Assembly: GCA_902512415.1 (NCBI GenBank)
Contig: CABXJB010000003.1
Location: 1 to 51,775 of the forward strand
Origin: an uncultured Alphaproteobacteria bacterium
Lineage (GTDB): Bacteria > Pseudomonadota > Alphaproteobacteria > HIMB59 > GCA-002718135
Reading direction: 5' to 3'
Length of the DNA stretch: 51,775 nt
Shown here: positions 47,527-51,775 of the stretch, piece after piece
How the letters are laid out: each line of letters opens with the position of its first letter
Numbering within the stretch: the first letter of the stretch is position 1
The notes under the pieces: model-generated
What the model was told of the DNA's origin: nothing
The model's input: only the letters and a program-made list of their open reading frames with translations
The model's database searches: none
Made by a program: the position numbers and the translations under genes

Positions 47527-47700
47527 TTACTTGTTGTTTTCTGCTGTCTCTGATTCATGTCTTGCAGCAGCAATAATTACACCTAAGCATATGCAAGCTG
47601 TAACTAAAGTGAATAGAACAAGCATGCCAGATGAGCCTGCCCATGTAAAATAAGCATCTACACCCTCCCAACTTGCTGATTCTCCAGGAAATGTATTCAT
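47527..47700 (-). CDS. 57-aa single-pass membrane protein directly downstream of amt (not in ORF track)
   Basis: Manual translation MNTFPGESASWEGVDAYFTWAGSSGMLVLFTLVTACICLGVIIAAARHESETAENNK. AAGGA SD, lies between the amt stop and the terminator. Confidence 0.8.
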   Translation of the reverse strand: MNTFPGESASWEGVDAYFTWAGSSGMLVLFTLVTACICLGVIIAAARHESETAENNK

Positions 47701-47720
47701 AATATGTTCCTTTCTCTCTG

Positions 47721-49001
47721 TTACTGGTTATAAGCTTGTAATCCAAGCTCAGCTTTATCAATACCTGCTTTTTGAACGTGATCTGGGACACGTAACCAAC
47801 CAGCCATTTTCATAATATATGAAATAACATAGCCAGGTACAAATCCAGTTAAAGCCATTACAATGGCGCCAACTATTTGACCCGTTAGATTTGAAGCTGG
47901 AATTTCTCCTGCTGCTGGAAAGCCAGAAGCAAAAAGACCTACACACAACATACCTAAGATACCACAAACACCGTGAATTGATACCGCTCCTACACAGTCA
48001 TCAATTTTGAATGTGTTATGAAGCCAATTATTTGCAGGAATAATTACACACCCTGCAATTGTACCAAGAATAAATGCAAAGCCAGGATACCAAATATCAA
48101 GACCACCAGCACATATAAATATACCTGCTAGTCCACCTGACATCATCCAAAACGGATTTCCTTTACTCCACCAGAAAGCACCGATCATGCCTCCAGCTAG
48201 ACCCATCAAAGTATTGAATGCAAAAGAAGATAATGTAGCTGGTGCACCATAAATATTTACCCAACCTCCATAATCTGATCCTGCCCAAATTAAACAAGCT
48301 CCTAGGAATCCAAAGAAACCTACAATCAAAGTTAATAAACCAACAAAAGATAGAACTAAGCTATGACCTTCAAGATCATTTGCAGAGCCATCATCATTAT
48401 ATTTTCCTATTCTTGGACCTAGATTCAAGAGTACTCCAAACGCAAACAATCCTGCAACAGTATGAACACACCCTGCAGCTGCTACATCATGGAATCCCCA
48501 ACTAGTTACAAGCCATCCATCTGGATGCCATCCCCAAGAAGCTGCTAAAATCCAAACTACAGATCCTAAAACAACTGCTAGAAATACGAATGCACTAATT
48601 CTAATTCTTTCAATTACAGCTCCTGAAAAAATCGAAGCTGTTGTACATGCAAACAATGTAAATGCAGCCCAGAATACACCAGTAGCCTGGTCACTTAGCA
48701 TTGGTCCCATTGAAACATTCCATGGAACTCCGTATCCTTCTAAATCAATAGGTACAAATCCTCCTGGAAAAGCTAGGTAGATCCACCATCCAAATAGCCA
48801 AAATGTTGGGATCATAAATGCAAATGCTAATAAATTTTTAACACCTGAAGAAACAGCGTTTTGCATTCTTGTAGCGCCTACTTCATACATTAAGAAACCA
48901 ACGTGAATAATAATCATAAGTCCTGTACACCACCAATAGTAAGCTTCCATGCCCACGTTTGCTTGTGTGGTGACAAAAACATTTAATTCTTCCAACGTCA
49001 T
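47721..49001 (-). CDS. amt: Ammonium transporter (Amt) family protein, atypical (possible methylamine transporter)
   Basis: SGAVIERIR, HDVAAAGCVH, LGPRIGKY and IDDCVGAVSIHG. AGGAGG SD. Confidence 0.92.
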   Translation of the reverse strand: MTLEELNVFVTTQANVGMEAYYWWCTGLMIIIHVGFLMYEVGATRMQNAVSSGVKNLLAFAFMIPTFWLFGWWIYLAFPGGFVPIDLEGYGVPWNVSMGPMLSDQATGVFWAAFTLFACTTASIFSGAVIERIRISAFVFLAVVLGSVVWILAASWGWHPDGWLVTSWGFHDVAAAGCVHTVAGLFAFGVLLNLGPRIGKYNDDGSANDLEGHSLVLSFVGLLTLIVGFFGFLGACLIWAGSDYGGWVNIYGAPATLSSFAFNTLMGLAGGMIGAFWWSKGNPFWMMSGGLAGIFICAGGLDIWYPGFAFILGTIAGCVIIPANNWLHNTFKIDDCVGAVSIHGVCGILGMLCVGLFASGFPAAGEIPASNLTGQIVGAIVMALTGFVPGYVISYIMKMAGWLRVPDHVQKAGIDKAELGLQAYNQ

Positions 49002-49091
49002 TTTGTCCTCCTTACGAGTTTATTTCAAAACAACCGCTTAACTCATTAAGTTTAAGGGAAATGAAAAAGGCTAAAAGAAAAAACTATAACT

Positions 49092-49146
49092 GCGTTCCTT
49101 CGGTTTTAACCTACTTCCGTCTCACTCAAATTATGAGATGAACGAT
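49092..49146 (-). ncRNA. Glutamine riboswitch (glnA RNA motif)
   Basis: The minus strand reads AUCGUUCAUCUCAUAAUUUGAGUGAGACGGAAGUAGGUUAAAACCGAAGGAACGC: P1 CGUUC/GAACG, P2 UCUCA/UGAGA, GGAAGUA, P3 GGUU/AACC, GAAG. Located upstream of amt. Confidence 0.88.
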
Positions 49147-49257
49147 AAATAATGATTTATATCTAGACTTTTATTAGCTGATTCAACATTAAAATTTACT
49201 TTTTAGTGGATCATGGGTATATTTTTTCCCTGATTTTAGGCATTTTACTATTTATTG

Positions 49258-50136
49258 TTAATTAATTTTTTTATTTTCACGAAGTTCATAAGCTGTGTGA
49301 GTTATTATAATCAAAATTATAACAATTCCTCCTATGATTGTTTTTGTTGATGGTTGCTCATGAATAACAAACCAAACCCAAATTGGACCAAGGATGGTCT
49401 CTAGAATAAAAAATATTTCAACTTCATATGCTGGTATATATCTCGGAGCAATAGTCATACAGGCCAATGGAATAACTAAAAATAAACCCATTACAAAAAT
49501 AAAAAACAATTGATCTGAATTAATGAAAAGTAATGCATTAAATGAATTTAAAAAAACTAAAGGAATTACTAGAGTAAATAATTTTGCTATCAAAAGTGCA
49601 GGAAGAAGATCAACCAGTTTACTAAAACGTATCACTACAGCACTACCTCCAATAAATATCGCAGTCAGTAATCCAAAAAAATCTCCAAAAAGACGCCCTC
49701 CTTGATAAGACTCATAAAAAATAAATAATATAGTCACAAAACAAGCAATAATTGTTACCCACATTCTTTTACTAGGATATTCTTTGATAAATATTGAGCT
49801 AAGAATGGCGGTTGCAAAAGGAGTTAACGCAATCATTATTAGTGTATTTGCAACATTAGTATTTTGGATGGATATTACAAACGTTGTGTTACCTAATGCA
49901 ACTAAGACAGCATACAATAAACCTGGCAGCCCGGTTATCAGTAAAGAGTGAAGAAAGTTTTTTTTATAATATAAGAGTAAGAAAATTAATAAAAAAAAGA
50001 ACGGAATCAATCCTCTATAAAAAAGTAACTCCCAAGAAGGAATATTGATTAAACGAATAAACAAAGAATCTGGGGTAATAAGTAATACACCAATTAAAGA
50101 TAAGAAAATTCCTTTTTGTTTATCTGTTAAATCCAT
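49258..50136 (-). CDS. DMT/EamA family transporter
   Basis: About 10 TM segments, LITPDSLFIRL and LETILGPIWVW...EQP. Confidence 0.88.
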   Translation of the reverse strand: MDLTDKQKGIFLSLIGVLLITPDSLFIRLINIPSWELLFYRGLIPFFFLLIFLLLYYKKNFLHSLLITGLPGLLYAVLVALGNTTFVISIQNTNVANTLIMIALTPFATAILSSIFIKEYPSKRMWVTIIACFVTILFIFYESYQGGRLFGDFFGLLTAIFIGGSAVVIRFSKLVDLLPALLIAKLFTLVIPLVFLNSFNALLFINSDQLFFIFVMGLFLVIPLACMTIAPRYIPAYEVEIFFILETILGPIWVWFVIHEQPSTKTIIGGIVIILIIITHTAYELRENKKIN

Positions 50137-50143
50137 TATTTTA

Positions 50144-50989
50144 TTAATTTAATTTTCTTACTTCTCTAATTGAAATATAAATACCACTTGATACAATAAA
50201 AAATAAACCTAACCATAACCATTTGTTAGGAAAGTCGCCAAAGAAATAATAACCAATTAAAACATTATTAACTATTTCAAAGTAACCTAAAGGAGCAAGT
50301 TTAGATGCTTCTGCATAGTTTAATGATAAGATTAAACAAAAATGAGCAAAGGCTCCTACTGCCGCTAAACAAATCATCAATAACCATTGATTAATATTTG
50401 GTGTTGTCCAATAATATGGAACAATAAGACTAGTTATAATAGCACCAAAGACGCCAGTAAATATTAATGTCAGATAGGGATTATCAAAAGATGTAAGTTT
50501 TCTAGTTGAAATTATATAAAATGCATAGGATATTCCTGCTCCAATACTAGCGATTGATGCTAGGTTAATTTTTATAATACCAGGTTGAATAATAATAAGT
50601 GCTCCAATAAATCCTACAAATACTGCCCCCCATCGATGAATCCCAACTTTTTCTTTTAATAAAAGTGCGGATAAAATTGTAACAAAGATTGGAGCAACAA
50701 AAGCCAAAGTTAGGGCTTTTGCTAAAGAAATAACAGAAATAGAATAAAAAAAACAAATAGTTGATAAGAATAAGAAAATACTTCTAGAGAGTTGGAGTAA
50801 AAAATTATGTGGCCACGTAAGATATTTTCTTAAAAATAAAAACGTGATTGGAAGACTTATTAGAACCATAAAAAAATAACGCGCCCATACTACTTCTAAA
50901 AAATGCATCTCAGTACTTAAGTATTTTGCCATACCGTCCATTATGGGTAGTGTAGACCACGCTATAAGATTTAATATAATTGCTTTCAT
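50144..50989 (-). CDS. DMT/EamA family transporter
   Basis: About 10 TM segments, LLKEKVGIHRW, IIIQPG and AEASKLAPLGY. Confidence 0.9.
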   Translation of the reverse strand: MKAIILNLIAWSTLPIMDGMAKYLSTEMHFLEVVWARYFFMVLISLPITFLFLRKYLTWPHNFLLQLSRSIFLFLSTICFFYSISVISLAKALTLAFVAPIFVTILSALLLKEKVGIHRWGAVFVGFIGALIIIQPGIIKINLASIASIGAGISYAFYIISTRKLTSFDNPYLTLIFTGVFGAIITSLIVPYYWTTPNINQWLLMICLAAVGAFAHFCLILSLNYAEASKLAPLGYFEIVNNVLIGYYFFGDFPNKWLWLGLFFIVSSGIYISIREVRKLN

Positions 50990-51107
50990 TTGGATATTTA
51001 TAGTAAAAAGTATTATTGAATAGTTATTAAATGTTTTATAAAAAATGTATTTATTAATTATTATTTGATGTTTAATAATCTGTTATTTAAATATTTAAGG
51101 AGATAAA

Positions 51108-51775
51108 ATGGCTATAAATCTAGCGGAGATCGCAAAAAAGAAAAAAATAAAATACTTTTTAATAAGTTATGTGGATTTTTTTGGAGTACTTAGATCTAAA
51201 TTAGTTCCTGCTCAATCTATAAAAGAAATGCAAAAAGAAGGTGCGGGATTTGCCGGTTTTTCTACATATTTAGATATGTCTCCATCTGACCCAGATATGG
51301 CAGCAATACCTGATCCGAATAGCTTCATACAACTACCCTGGCAAATGGATGTGGGTTGGTTAGCGGCAGATTTATGGATGGATGGTAAACCTGTTGATGC
51401 ATCTCCTCGTGTTATGTTGCGCAATCAAATTAATAAATTAGCAAAAAAAAATATGTATTTAAAAAGCGGTGTTGAATGTGAATATTTTTTAATTTCTCCA
51501 AGTGGAGATTCCATAGCTGATCAAAAAGATATTGCTGATAAACCATGTTATGATCAATCTGCGCTAATGCGTCAGTATGATTTGATTAGAGGTATATGTG
51601 ATTCAATGATTATGCTAGGATGGGGTCCATACCAAAACGATCATGAAGATGCTAACGGACAATTTGAAATGAATTGGGATTTTTCAGACTGCCTACAAAC
51701 GGCTGACCGTCATGTTTTTTTTAAATTTATGGTTAGAACTCTTGCAGAAAAGGTGGGTTTAAGAGCTACCTTTAT
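51108..51775 (+). CDS. glnT: Type III glutamate-ammonia ligase / gamma-glutamylmethylamide synthetase (3'-truncated by window end, not in ORF track)
   Basis: Manual translation MAINLAEIAKKKKIKYFLISYVDFFGVLRSKLVP...GAGFAGF...GVECEYFL...KPCYDQSALMR...YQNDHEDANGQFEMNW. AGGAG SD. Confidence 0.92.
   Translation, partial: MAINLAEIAKKKKIKYFLISYVDFFGVLRSKLVPAQSIKEMQKEGAGFAGFSTYLDMSPSDPDMAAIPDPNSFIQLPWQMDVGWLAADLWMDGKPVDASPRVMLRNQINKLAKKNMYLKSGVECEYFLISPSGDSIADQKDIADKPCYDQSALMRQYDLIRGICDSMIMLGWGPYQNDHEDANGQFEMNWDFSDCLQTADRHVFFKFMVRTLAEKVGLRATF

Noticed and set aside
50990-51100. Repeated TTATT/TTATTAA words upstream of glnT
   Set aside because: Low-complexity AT-rich spacer with no regular period.
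1666-51424. About 30 short ORFs in the track that overlap longer genes (e.g. 1666-1896, 3916-4266, 34231-34587, 35526-35855, 47555-47791, 51212-51424)
   Set aside because: They are antisense or off-frame shadows of well-supported CDSs, with no motifs or RBS.
1-51775. CRISPR arrays, tRNA/rRNA, IS elements, integrases, phage or defence genes
   Set aside because: No repeat-spacer pattern, cloverleaf, or transposase/integrase motif was seen. The only long repeat is the permease duplication.

Overview
Gene-dense, AT-rich window (roughly 30% GC by eye) with very short intergenic spacers. It is most consistent with a streamlined marine alphaproteobacterium such as SAR11/HIMB59, which is an inference from composition and gene content. 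The window is a catabolic island with four blocks. (1) 1-16.2 kb: a RbsB-type sugar ABC system, thuA plus a Gfo/Idh/MocA oxidoreductase, a MocD-like desaturase, LacI-regulated aglEFG-K with no glucosidase, a C-terminally short glpD and a glycerate-kinase-like gene. (2) 16.3-20.2 kb: a luciferase-like monooxygenase / Xsc-like TPP enzyme / hydrolase operon behind a structured leader, and a Cys-rich microprotein. (3) 20.2-36.5 kb: amino-sugar utilisation (nagA, nagB-II, SIS protein, GH20, galK, and an ABC system with a tandemly duplicated MalG-type permease). (4) 36.5-51.8 kb: methylated-amine and guanidino-compound genes, a Rieske-gloA-cupin-GS-like operon, an atypical Amt with an unannotated 57-aa membrane partner behind a glutamine (glnA-motif) riboswitch, and gmaS/glnT cut by the window end. 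The most notable signals are the riboswitch-Amt-microprotein unit, a candidate anti-Shine-Dalgarno sRNA at about 12320-12421, and the permease pair that is identical over 706 bp but diverges from the MalG scoop loop onward. No rRNA, tRNA, CRISPR or mobile element was seen. All family calls come from motif recognition by eye; no searches were run.
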